From Alphaproteobacteria bacterium (GTDB lineage Bacteria; Pseudomonadota; Alphaproteobacteria; Paracaedibacterales; VGCI01), in contig VGCI01000006.1 in NCBI GenBank assembly GCA_016870095.1, positions 7,349-71,348 of the forward strand: a stretch of DNA of 64,000 nucleotides, given 5' to 3'. Shown piece by piece: positions 42,122 through 51,718 of the stretch. Below the pieces are notes generated by a model, which had not been told where the DNA came from, made no database searches, and saw nothing but the letters and a program-made list of their open reading frames with translations. How positions within the stretch are numbered: position 1 is the first letter of the stretch; every line of letters begins with the position of its first letter. A program made the translations under genes and the position numbers.

Positions 42122-44164
42122 ATGGATTTGCCGTCAATTTCCAAGAAAATCATTCCTATGTTTGCTGCCTCCTTATCGATGATTATTGGCGCCCTAGTGA
42201 TATGGGGTTGGCACACGAATAATGTGACTTTAATCCAAGTTCAGCCCCAATTTGCTGGGATGCAATATAATAGCGCACTGTGCTTTATTGCAGCGGCTAT
42301 AGGTATTATAGGGATTTGTAAAAATTGGCGCTTACTTCCCTTTTTAATGGGAATTTTTATCATGGGTGTAAGCTACCTTACCCTCATTGAATATGTTTTC
42401 CAAATAAACTTGGGTATCGACGAACTTTTTATGCACGTTGCTCCTGGCGCTCAAAATTCTATGCCAGGGCGCATGTCCCCGAATGGTGCGCTGATACTCA
42501 GTCTTATGGGCACCTCCATTTTTATTTTAAGCAATTATGTAAGGTCTAGGTTAGAGATAAGGAGTCTGCTCTTTATTCTGATGGTTCTGACTTTAATCCC
42601 CTTAGCAATGAGTTTTGTCGGAATATTTGGCTACATAGTGGATATGCCAGCAACTTATGGTTGGGGCAGTTATACGCGTATGGCAATTCATAATACGATT
42701 ACAAATATTCTTCTTTGTATAGCTCTGATATCGATTATTTGCATCAAAGCTTCTGAAGCAAATTTTTCTTTTTTATCCTGGGTTCCTTTGCTCGTTTTTG
42801 TTGTCATTGAAGTTATAACACTATCGTTTTGGGAAGCATCTTTGGCATATATCGAAAAAAATAAACATCAACGGAACACCTTAGCAGCTCAGAGCGTAAA
42901 AAATGTTATAAGAGAAGAATTGGAATATAGGACGGAATCCTTGTCGCGGATGGCTAAGAGATGGGAATCTCGAAAGGGAGGCACTCCTTATCAGGAATGG
43001 TCTCAAGATGCTTTGAATTCTATTGCTGACCAACCGGGTTATGAAGCCATTGAGTGGGTAGACGCCGAGTATTTTGTTAAATGGATTGCGCCTTTACGCG
43101 GCAATGAGGCGGCTTTAGGCCTTAATCTTTTGGATGGTAAAAAACGATCACGTCATTTGGAAACTCTGCGTCAAGATGGGAAAACTATCATAACCCCTAT
43201 GCTAACATTGACCTCTGGTGAAAATGGATTTTTGATTTATACCCCCGTAGGGCGCGGAGAAAATTTCCAAGGAATTATTGTTGGTGTTGTGAATGCCAAA
43301 GCATTTTTTGAAGAAGTGTTTCGAGAAGCGATTACCGACTATAATATTGCTATTTACTACCACAATGGAATCGTTTATCAACGCCATCCGGATCTTGGTT
43401 ACCCGACTGATAATAATAGTATTACATATGAAGTCACGGATTATGAATGGTCAATTACCTCTTGGCCTGTTCCCGCCCTCGTAGCTAAACAACAATCCTG
43501 GCTTCCTTATGTGATTTTGATTATTGGATTTATTGTCGCAACAATGCTGGCCTTAATTGCCCATTTAGCACAAATAGCCCATCGAAATGCTCTGCAAGCA
43601 GCTGCTGAAATTAAGACGCGACGAAAAACCGAACAACAACTTATTCTGTATTCGAAAAAATTAAAAAAATTATCTCTCTTGGATTCTTTAACGGGAATTA
43701 ATAATCGTCGCTCCCTTACAGCTATTCTCCAAACAGAAATGACTCAAATAAAAAAGGGACAGAAATACCTCTCTATTATATTGCTCGATATAGATTTTTT
43801 CAAAAAAATTAATGACACTTATGGCCATGTCACGGGAGACACAGTTCTCCAAAAAGTTGGAAGTATACTGAAGAAAAACACACGTTCTGTGGATACGGTC
43901 GCTCGATATGGAGGGGAAGAATTCTGTATTGTTTTGAATAATGCTACCGACCGCGAAGCTTATGAAGTTGCCGAAAAATTACGACACTTGCTTGCCCAAC
44001 AAATATTTCATAGCGAAAAGCAGCATACGTTTCAGATAACCTGTAGTTTTGGGGTCTATCAAGTCCCCTCTAACACAAAGAAAATTACCCAAGTTTTTGA
44101 AATTGTGGACGGAGCCCTCTATACAGCTAAAAATTCAGGACGCAATTGTGTTGTATTGGTGTAA
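42122..44164 (+). CDS. membrane sensor diguanylate cyclase (multi-TM + periplasmic sensor + GGDEF)
   Basis: The GGDEF domain has an intact A-site RYGGEEF (GGEEF at 43910-43924) and an I-site RSVD five residues upstream. About 7 N-terminal TM helices precede an extracytoplasmic CHASE-like region, then another TM and a coiled-coil linker. The start is ATG 42122 or TTG 42059. Confidence 0.85.
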   Translation: MDLPSISKKIIPMFAASLSMIIGALVIWGWHTNNVTLIQVQPQFAGMQYNSALCFIAAAIGIIGICKNWRLLPFLMGIFIMGVSYLTLIEYVFQINLGIDELFMHVAPGAQNSMPGRMSPNGALILSLMGTSIFILSNYVRSRLEIRSLLFILMVLTLIPLAMSFVGIFGYIVDMPATYGWGSYTRMAIHNTITNILLCIALISIICIKASEANFSFLSWVPLLVFVVIEVITLSFWEASLAYIEKNKHQRNTLAAQSVKNVIREELEYRTESLSRMAKRWESRKGGTPYQEWSQDALNSIADQPGYEAIEWVDAEYFVKWIAPLRGNEAALGLNLLDGKKRSRHLETLRQDGKTIITPMLTLTSGENGFLIYTPVGRGENFQGIIVGVVNAKAFFEEVFREAITDYNIAIYYHNGIVYQRHPDLGYPTDNNSITYEVTDYEWSITSWPVPALVAKQQSWLPYVILIIGFIVATMLALIAHLAQIAHRNALQAAAEIKTRRKTEQQLILYSKKLKKLSLLDSLTGINNRRSLTAILQTEMTQIKKGQKYLSIILLDIDFFKKINDTYGHVTGDTVLQKVGSILKKNTRSVDTVARYGGEEFCIVLNNATDREAYEVAEKLRHLLAQQIFHSEKQHTFQITCSFGVYQVPSNTKKITQVFEIVDGALYTAKNSGRNCVVLV

Positions 44165-44430
44165 GGAAACTCTTCCCACAAATCTTTCTTGGCAGGCTCA
44201 TTTTACTATTCTTTTCTCATTCGATCCGTTACTTTTATTTTCTAAAAAATATCTATCAAAATTCATAAAATAATAAGATTCCCTTCATTTTTAAGATAAA
44301 AAAGAATGTCCGTAATTTGTACTTATGTATGTACTTACGATTATTTTGCGGATAGGAGAAAGCGAGATTTTTAAAATAGATTAAGCGAGTTCAAGGTTCA
44401 CTAACTTAAAATTATGAGAGAGGGTTAAGC

Positions 44431-45534
44431 ATGATTTCTCAAAAAAAACTTTTTATTAATACATTAAGTACTCGCTTTAGATGGTTAACAATTAAAAGCT
44501 GCTTTCTGGGAAGCCTGACTGTTTTTGCCAGTTGGCAAGCCTCTCCTTGCAGAGGTTTCGATGAATTTAATCAAAGTGAAGATGCTTTTCGATACCAAAG
44601 TCATTATCATTTTCATCCTGAAAATGGCACACCCCAATTTTGGTCGCATAGGGAAAGGGTTAGAAATATTGGGCTAACAAGAGAGCCTGTGGAACGGTAT
44701 CGCCCGAGAAGTATTTTATCCTTACCACAATCTTCTGAAGAAATTTTTACTAAGCATTTCGCAGAGACAAATTCGACAGTTTCTAACTCAAAAGCCATAA
44801 TACTGGGGACAAATGATTGGAGACAATCCGTTGAACATCAAGGTGATCTCGGAACTTGTGCAAGTTTTGCAACGGTAGAAGGTTTGAAATTTGTTCATAA
44901 AAACACTTCTCTTTCTCACCCTTATCTTATTGTAAAAGCAGAAAAACGCGATGATTGTATAAATAACGGTATTTCACTTGGTCATACGATGGATACAGCT
45001 CTTGATATTGGTGTCGTTGATGGAAATTTGTGGCCCTACAAACCTTACGCTGCTTCAGTAAAAGCCACAAATAGTGAGATTAGAGATCCAGATCATTGGA
45101 ATATTTGTTTAAATCCCCCTTTTACGAAACTTGTCGAAAAAAACTTTGTTAAATATGCTTTTGAGGATGTAAAAAGCCTCTTTTTATCGGAACAAAGACG
45201 TTGCAAAATTGGTGAACGTTGCGAATTTTCCAAAAGCTTGACCATCTGTCAAGCGCTTACAGAAAACAAATGTCCTGTTATTATTTCAGTTCCAGTTGAT
45301 GTGGGGGGTTGGCCAATATCAGGTGTGATTGAAACGCTCAATAGAGCAAACGGTTTTCATGCGATTACGATCTACGGATATGACCCCAAAACCGAATTTT
45401 TTTATTTTAAGAATACGTGGGGGCAAAATTGGGGCGAGCAGGGTCATGGTCGTATGAGTTTTTCTTATGTCGATAAGCATGCTAGTGAGGCATGGGTTGG
45501 CATAGGGGGAAGATTATTAGCATTTACGCAGTAA
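44431..45534 (+). CDS. papain-like (C1 family) cysteine peptidase, secreted
   Basis: NDWRQSVEHQGDLGTCASFATVEG matches papain DWRQ…QGSCGSCWAF (Cys codon at 44857). NGFHAITIYGYD carries the His and FKNTWGQNWGEQGHGRM the Asn/Trp box. An N-terminal hydrophobic signal is present. Confidence 0.85.
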   Translation: MISQKKLFINTLSTRFRWLTIKSCFLGSLTVFASWQASPCRGFDEFNQSEDAFRYQSHYHFHPENGTPQFWSHRERVRNIGLTREPVERYRPRSILSLPQSSEEIFTKHFAETNSTVSNSKAIILGTNDWRQSVEHQGDLGTCASFATVEGLKFVHKNTSLSHPYLIVKAEKRDDCINNGISLGHTMDTALDIGVVDGNLWPYKPYAASVKATNSEIRDPDHWNICLNPPFTKLVEKNFVKYAFEDVKSLFLSEQRRCKIGERCEFSKSLTICQALTENKCPVIISVPVDVGGWPISGVIETLNRANGFHAITIYGYDPKTEFFYFKNTWGQNWGEQGHGRMSFSYVDKHASEAWVGIGGRLLAFTQ

Positions 45535-45592
45535 AGGCTTAGATAAACGTTAATTCTTAAAGAGTTTCAAATATATTATGGGAGAACAGTGA

Positions 45593-46465
45593 ATGAAAGT
45601 ATTTTTAAGTAGAGTTTTTGGTATTCCGTTTTTTACCGCTTTTGTCTTTTTTAGCTTGCCAACACAGGCTATTCAGTTCGGATTTGTATATGATTATCGT
45701 CTGGATGAGCCTTCTAAAAGAATTTTGGGAGATGCCGCTGGTAAATTAAGCCGTGCCATTATTACGGAATATCCAAAACACCCAAGAGACCAAAAATTTG
45801 ATGTTGTAATAACCGTCAAGCTACAAAGCATTGATGGTGAGGGTGGAACCTTAGCCCAAGCTGGTCCCACCAAATTTGTGACATATAATCATGATGGAGG
45901 ACAATACGTTACCGCTGGAACACTAGAAATTGACTTAGCAGATTTAAGAAGTCCTGGCCTTCTCAATATTGTTACGCATGAAATCTGTCATATTCTTGGT
46001 TTTGGGACTTTGTGGGAAGAATATAAACTCGTTAACACTAATGCTGCTGGTGAACAGTATTTTATAGGGACTCACGCAGCTCAAGCTTATACAAACTTAA
46101 GGGGTCGTCAAGGTTTAAGGGATAATCGGCTATGGAGTGTGCCGTTGGAAAGTGGAGGGGGTCCCGGCACCATCGGCGCTCACTGGTCTGAAACGGAATT
46201 TTATAATGAGCTTATGACAGGCTATTATAACGAGAATATCACTAATCCCTTGAGTTCCGTTACATTGGCTTCCTTCGTTGACTTGGGTCATAAGGTTAAC
46301 TATACCAGTGCTGATCATTATCAATTACCAAGGACTATTAATTCGGGTGCGTTCATAGGTGCTCAATTGGGGCAATATAATTATAACAGAAGGCCCTATC
46401 ATAACTGTACGCATCATTTACATTATACGCCCTATAATTGTGGTGCCACATGCGCAGTTCAATAA
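45593..46465 (+). CDS. leishmanolysin-like (M8-type) zinc metallopeptidase, secreted
   Basis: Signal peptide, HEICHILGFG (HExxHxxGF, 45977-), and downstream GAHWSETEFYNELMTG resembling the third-His/Met-turn region of GP63-like enzymes. Confidence 0.72.
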   Translation: MKVFLSRVFGIPFFTAFVFFSLPTQAIQFGFVYDYRLDEPSKRILGDAAGKLSRAIITEYPKHPRDQKFDVVITVKLQSIDGEGGTLAQAGPTKFVTYNHDGGQYVTAGTLEIDLADLRSPGLLNIVTHEICHILGFGTLWEEYKLVNTNAAGEQYFIGTHAAQAYTNLRGRQGLRDNRLWSVPLESGGGPGTIGAHWSETEFYNELMTGYYNENITNPLSSVTLASFVDLGHKVNYTSADHYQLPRTINSGAFIGAQLGQYNYNRRPYHNCTHHLHYTPYNCGATCAVQ

Positions 46466-46531
46466 AAAATTGTTCGTATCATTTTGAAAAAAGTGCGGCA
46501 AAATCATAAATAAACAGTATTTAGCAAATTT

Positions 46532-46575
46532 AGAGCTGCCCTATCCGAAATGGACTTGGCGGCTCTTTGTTGTTT
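46532..46575 (+). terminator. possible terminator after the metallopeptidase gene
   Basis: 9-bp stem AGAGCTGCC / GGCGGCTCT (one G-U pair) with a 17-nt loop, followed by T-rich ttgttgttt. Confidence 0.35.
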
Positions 46576-46693
46576 CGGCCCTCTACAGGACAAATAAATT
46601 GGAAATATTTATTTTGATATGAGGTAATTTGGAGTAGTCTATAACAGAATCTTATCCGGCTAAATTAAGTAAATTATAAGGAGTTACGCCCCC

Positions 46694-49600
46694 TTGAGTA
46701 CAGCTCAATTCTTGGCAGCAGATCCAAAAGTGAGTGCGTGGGTGGTCGCATCTGCGGGTACGGGCAAGACAAAGGTTTTGACAGATCGCATATTAAATTT
46801 ACTTCTTCAAGGATTTGCTCCTGAGCGTATTTTATGCTTAACATTCACAAAAGCTGCAGCCTCAGAAATGGCTAATCGTTTAATGAAACGATTAGCGCAC
46901 TGGGCGACATTACCGGAGCTTGAGCTGAAGCGAGACCTTCAGGAAATCTCAAGTGAGACAATCATATCTCTTCAACTTATTTCGCGAGCGCGACAATTAT
47001 TTACCCTTGTATTAGATGCGCCAGGTGGCATGAAAATTCAAACCATTCATGGTTTCTGTCAATCAGTTTTGTCTCGTTTTCCTATTGAAGCAGGAATTCC
47101 TCCCCATTTCCGCGTTTTGGATGATTTGTTAGCGGAAGAATTGTGGCTGGAAGCCCAGCGTCGCGTATTTGCGAAGCCCTCATCTTTAGCTGATGCAGCG
47201 CTTTCCACGTTAAATCCCTATATGGCGGATCAGAGATTCAGTTCAATCTTAAACGATTTTTACTATGATCGATCGCGCATTGAAGTGCTTCTCAAAAGAT
47301 ATGATAATTTGTGGGATTATGCGACTGAACTATTGGCCTTTTTAGAAGTTGATAAGCGACTTGAAAATCCCGAAGAGCTTTTACAGCCTGATTTAATATC
47401 GAGACTAAAAACTCAATTTGAGCCCTTCGAGACTGATTTCGAGGCTTATATAAAAACATATTTGACACAAAAAAATGAAATACGCAAAAAACTGAAACCG
47501 GAACAAATGCCTCAGGCGGAACGTGTATATCAATTTGTGCGCTCCTTATCCGCTTTGGAAGTTGTCCAACGCACAATTGCGACTTTAGCGCTTTTTCAAG
47601 AGATTATTCAAGATTACCAACATCAGAAATCCCGTCGCAGCGTATTAGATTATGATGATCTAATTCAAAAGACCCAGAACTTATTAAATCAGCCGGGTAT
47701 TGCGGCATGGGTATTATATAAATTAGATGGAGGTATTGATCACTTATTAGTTGATGAAGCCCAAGATACAAATGCAGATCAATGGGATATTATTCTCAGT
47801 TTAACTTCAGAATTCTTTACACAAAATAAATCTCGTCGAACAATTTTTGCGGTGGGGGATCCCAAGCAATCGATTTACAGTTTTCAAGGGGCAAACCCGG
47901 AAGATTTTCTAAAAATAAAAGATCATTTTTCTCAGTTGTCACAAAAAGGGGGCCAGAATTGGCGAGACGTTCGATTGGATTTATCTTACCGGTCAACGGC
48001 AACTATTTTGAATATTGTTGATGAAGTTTTTGCCAATGATCAAAACAAAAAAGGTATCTGCTTTGATAGTTCAGATATAATTCATCATGCTCATCGAGAA
48101 CCATCGATCGCGCATCTTCCGAGTTTAGTGGAATTATGGCCTCTGATTGAGCCGGAAGAAGATGATGGAGAATTGGGTGAGTTGGAATGGCACTTGCCTT
48201 TAGAACGTGTAGATCGTGCGAGCCCACAATCTCGTCTGGCGCACTATTTAGCGGAGCAAGTTGAGAGCTGGATTCATGCTAAAGGTCTCTTGCCCTCAAC
48301 GCATCAGCCCATACAACCTCGGGATATTCTTATTCTGGTTCGTAAGCGCAGTATCTTGGGGCAAGAAATCATACGTGCTCTTAAGAAGCGGAATATTCCT
48401 GTTGCAGGTGCAGATCGACTAATATTGTCAGATCATATTGCCGTCATGGATCTCTTGGCTTTGGGTCAATTTTCCGTTCTTCCAGAAGATGACCTCAGTT
48501 TGGCCAGTATTTTGCGCAGCCCCTTAATCGGAATGAGTGAGGATGACTTGTTCAGTCTTGCCCACGGACGTCCGGGGACACTTTGGGCGTCATTGTCAAA
48601 AAATGCTCAAGAGAAACTTTCATTTCAAGAAGCATATATTTGGTTAAAAGCATGCTTAAGGGAAGTAGATCTGTGTCCAGTATATGAATTTTATAGTTGG
48701 GTATTAACGCAGCAAGAAGGGCGCTGTCGATTTTTAAGTCGTTTAGGGCATGAAGTAGAGGATGCTTTAGAAGAATTTTTGAGCCTTTGCCTAAATTATG
48801 ATCAGGAGCATGCAGGATCTCTCCAAGGATTTATTCACTTTATGACTCATCAGACCCAAGAGATTAAGCGGGATACATCTGACACGATTCATAACCAGGT
48901 TCGGTTGATGACGGTACACGGGTCTAAAGGACTTCAGGCACCCATTGTCATTTTACCCGAAGCTGCCGAATCTGGAAAAGAGCGCGCGGATTCTCTTTTA
49001 TGGACAGATAAACTTGTGATGTTACGACCAACTCAAGTTCAAGATACCGCCGATACTAAGTATTTTAAAGATAAGGAATGGCAAGCGACCACTGAAGAGC
49101 GACGTCGATTATTGTATGTAGCGTTGACGCGGGCTCAAGATCGTCTTTATGTTGGGGGATGGAAATCAGCGAGAGAGTTAGCCAAGGACTGTTGGTACCA
49201 AGTTATAAAAGATGCATTATACATAAAGTCTGAAAGCAATGTATATTCCCATGATCAACAGATTCTCCCCCCAGACATAAACACATTTAACTCCTCTGAA
49301 GCTTTTGTTGAAGATGTATTGACCTTACCAGAATGGGCTCTTACCTCTCCCCTTGAGATGCCTAAAACTCTGAACGATTCTCAATGGGAAAAGAGTTATT
49401 CCTTAAAAGCAATTGAGCGTGGCATCCTTATTCATAGGTTATTTGAATATTTGCCTGAATTGGAAACGCATCTTCGGTATGGGAAAGCTTGTCAGATAAT
49501 CGAGAAGGAAGGCCTCCTTATCTCTGATTGGCAAAGCGATATTGAGACAACTTTAAAAATTTTAAATGATCCCAATCTTGCGGACATATTTGGGCCTCAT

Positions 49601-49864
49601 TCTTTGGCTGAGGTACCTGTAAGTGGTGTTGTCGATGGCATACCTTTTCAAGGACGTATTGATCGCCTCCATGTAACGGAGGAGACACTTACAATTATTG
49701 ATTATAAATCCGATCAAAATCCTGCGGGTTCTGCAGAGGATATTCCAGACACCTATAAAAGGCAACTTGAGGGATATGCAGCCGCACTGAAATCAATATA
49801 CCCTAAACATCGAATTCGCAAAATTATCCTTTGGACAACGGGTCCAAAGGTTCAAATCTTGTGA
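46694..49864 (+). CDS. addA: double-strand break repair helicase AddA (UvrD-type helicase + nuclease)
   Basis: AADPKVSAWVVASAGTGKTKVLTDRILNLLL (Walker A), LCLTFTKAAASEM, LLVDEAQDTN and a C-terminal nuclease motif IIDYKSD. The TTG start is preceded by AGGAG. Confidence 0.92.
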   Translation: MSTAQFLAADPKVSAWVVASAGTGKTKVLTDRILNLLLQGFAPERILCLTFTKAAASEMANRLMKRLAHWATLPELELKRDLQEISSETIISLQLISRARQLFTLVLDAPGGMKIQTIHGFCQSVLSRFPIEAGIPPHFRVLDDLLAEELWLEAQRRVFAKPSSLADAALSTLNPYMADQRFSSILNDFYYDRSRIEVLLKRYDNLWDYATELLAFLEVDKRLENPEELLQPDLISRLKTQFEPFETDFEAYIKTYLTQKNEIRKKLKPEQMPQAERVYQFVRSLSALEVVQRTIATLALFQEIIQDYQHQKSRRSVLDYDDLIQKTQNLLNQPGIAAWVLYKLDGGIDHLLVDEAQDTNADQWDIILSLTSEFFTQNKSRRTIFAVGDPKQSIYSFQGANPEDFLKIKDHFSQLSQKGGQNWRDVRLDLSYRSTATILNIVDEVFANDQNKKGICFDSSDIIHHAHREPSIAHLPSLVELWPLIEPEEDDGELGELEWHLPLERVDRASPQSRLAHYLAEQVESWIHAKGLLPSTHQPIQPRDILILVRKRSILGQEIIRALKKRNIPVAGADRLILSDHIAVMDLLALGQFSVLPEDDLSLASILRSPLIGMSEDDLFSLAHGRPGTLWASLSKNAQEKLSFQEAYIWLKACLREVDLCPVYEFYSWVLTQQEGRCRFLSRLGHEVEDALEEFLSLCLNYDQEHAGSLQGFIHFMTHQTQEIKRDTSDTIHNQVRLMTVHGSKGLQAPIVILPEAAESGKERADSLLWTDKLVMLRPTQVQDTADTKYFKDKEWQATTEERRRLLYVALTRAQDRLYVGGWKSARELAKDCWYQVIKDALYIKSESNVYSHDQQILPPDINTFNSSEAFVEDVLTLPEWALTSPLEMPKTLNDSQWEKSYSLKAIERGILIHRLFEYLPELETHLRYGKACQIIEKEGLLISDWQSDIETTLKILNDPNLADIFGPHSLAEVPVSGVVDGIPFQGRIDRLHVTEETLTIIDYKSDQNPAGSAEDIPDTYKRQLEGYAAALKSIYPKHRIRKIILWTTGPKVQIL

Positions 49865-49880
49865 TGTTCACTTCAAATTT

Positions 49881-51578
49881 TTAAGTCTTAGACTCTGAGA
49901 GTTCATTTTCAGATAGAGCATCCTCACGCTCTTCCTTCCTGGCTTCAAAAACACTTTTTCTTTTTAGGGCAACTTTTTTAGGTGTATTTTTTTCAGTCTT
50001 TAAGCCATTTTCGAAAAAGTTAGGAGTATAGCCCGTTAGTTGTAGGGCTGCTTCAAAATCTTTTTTGTCTGATGCGGAATCTGCTACGTTCTCTTCCTCT
50101 TCCTCAAATTCTCCTCTGGCTATATGTTTTTGAAATTGACCGGTAGCAACACTTAAAACAATTGTATTGATGTCTGCAGTGGCATCAACCGTTGTGCGGG
50201 TTGCTTCCGTTATGAACACATCATTTGCAGAATCTAAATTATCAATAAGGGAACGTTTAGCAACTATAAATTCGTTTAGGTAGGCATTGCGAATATTTCG
50301 TTTTTCTTTAATTAACTTTGTAAGATGCGCAGATTTTGAAAGAGCGTTTTTATGTTCTGCGTAAGAAGTGCGGACAGTTCGTTCTATTTGTCGAAGAGAA
50401 AGACCTAAACGTGCGTGTGATTCTGAAAGACGTTTGATGGTTTCTCGAGATTTTGCTAAATCGGCTCCGCCATTAAACAAGTTATGACGAGCAACAACCA
50501 TAGCTGTCAGTCGACCTTGAGATCCAGTTGTGGCGCTCATGTTCCGATCTTTTTCTCCTTCTAATTCCAAGGTAATTGTGGGAACAAGTTTCGAGCTGCT
50601 TTCTTTATTGGTGGATTCTGCAATTTGAACGTTACTTTTAGCAACCTTAATTGCGTTGTTGTTGTCGATAGCCATACGAACGGCCATTTCAATGGAATCA
50701 GGAATTAAATAAGCGGGGAGTTTAATGCGCTTAATTTGATCAGGTGCTTCCTTACCAACCACCTCAATAAATTTTGCTTTTGCAACTTCTAGATCAGATT
50801 GAATATTTGATTTCGTAACAAAAGTATCTTGTAAACGAGAGTCAACTTGATATAAATCCGAAATTGGAGCTGCGCCAGCTTGAACAATTTCTGCTACTTT
50901 TTCCTTCATGGATTGATGAAACCGAATGTTATTATCAGCAATTCGTAAGAGACGTTGCAGTCTGCGAATATCGATAGCTGCTGTGGCAGCATCTAGTATG
51001 GCTGTATCGGTGGTTATTCCAAGTGTTCCTCGGGCTTGTTGTTCTTGCGAGCGTGCACGAGCTACACGTGATGAAGTTGCATTCCCATCAAATAGAATCT
51101 GCCGAATGATAACAGAAGGGTCACTGCGGGTTGTGCTAATTGTTCCTGAGCTGGCAAGGGGGTTCAGGGAGTTAATACCAAAACTGCGGCGAAAATTGTC
51201 TCGTCCGACACTGGCACGTAAATCAACTGTGGGCATATATCCGGCTTTAGCTTGTGTAATAACTTCCTCGGCTGCACTTAAAGCTTGTTTGTCAGCATTG
51301 ATGCTGGGTTGATGAGTTAATGCTTCTTTAATAATGCCTGAAAGACTACTTGCTGAAGACTTAATAGGTTGTTTGTATTGAGTTAGTGTATCGTGTGAAA
51401 AAGGGGAAATTTCACTCGCAATCTTATTTTCAGATTCTGCATTCGCAGCCTCATTACTCATTTTTGCCTTAATTGGGGAAGGGGGTGGTGGTAAGGAAGC
51501 CTTGCTCATCGGAGTATACCCAAGTATGAAAGACAAAGCAAAATAAGGCCCAATTTTTGTTAGACTTATTCTATTCAT
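49881..51578 (-). CDS. tolC: TolC family type I secretion outer-membrane protein
   Basis: IKEALTHQPSINADKQALSAAEEVITQAKAGYMPTVDLRASVG is a TolC repeat start, and the helical/beta repeat is duplicated. The start is set at MNRISL (51578). Both N- and C-termini carry unusually long charged extensions. Confidence 0.85.
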   Translation of the reverse strand: MNRISLTKIGPYFALSFILGYTPMSKASLPPPPSPIKAKMSNEAANAESENKIASEISPFSHDTLTQYKQPIKSSASSLSGIIKEALTHQPSINADKQALSAAEEVITQAKAGYMPTVDLRASVGRDNFRRSFGINSLNPLASSGTISTTRSDPSVIIRQILFDGNATSSRVARARSQEQQARGTLGITTDTAILDAATAAIDIRRLQRLLRIADNNIRFHQSMKEKVAEIVQAGAAPISDLYQVDSRLQDTFVTKSNIQSDLEVAKAKFIEVVGKEAPDQIKRIKLPAYLIPDSIEMAVRMAIDNNNAIKVAKSNVQIAESTNKESSSKLVPTITLELEGEKDRNMSATTGSQGRLTAMVVARHNLFNGGADLAKSRETIKRLSESHARLGLSLRQIERTVRTSYAEHKNALSKSAHLTKLIKEKRNIRNAYLNEFIVAKRSLIDNLDSANDVFITEATRTTVDATADINTIVLSVATGQFQKHIARGEFEEEEENVADSASDKKDFEAALQLTGYTPNFFENGLKTEKNTPKKVALKRKSVFEARKEEREDALSENELSESKT

Positions 51579-51718
51579 ATCACTGCCTCTATATCCTCTT
51601 TTATATAATGATATCATTATATTAAAAATTTTATATATTTTTTTATCTAAAATTAAGATAGTTGAAACTTTTTGTGTGGTTTGATTGAGGGGTAAGGTAT
51701 GATTAAGGGTGCATTTTT

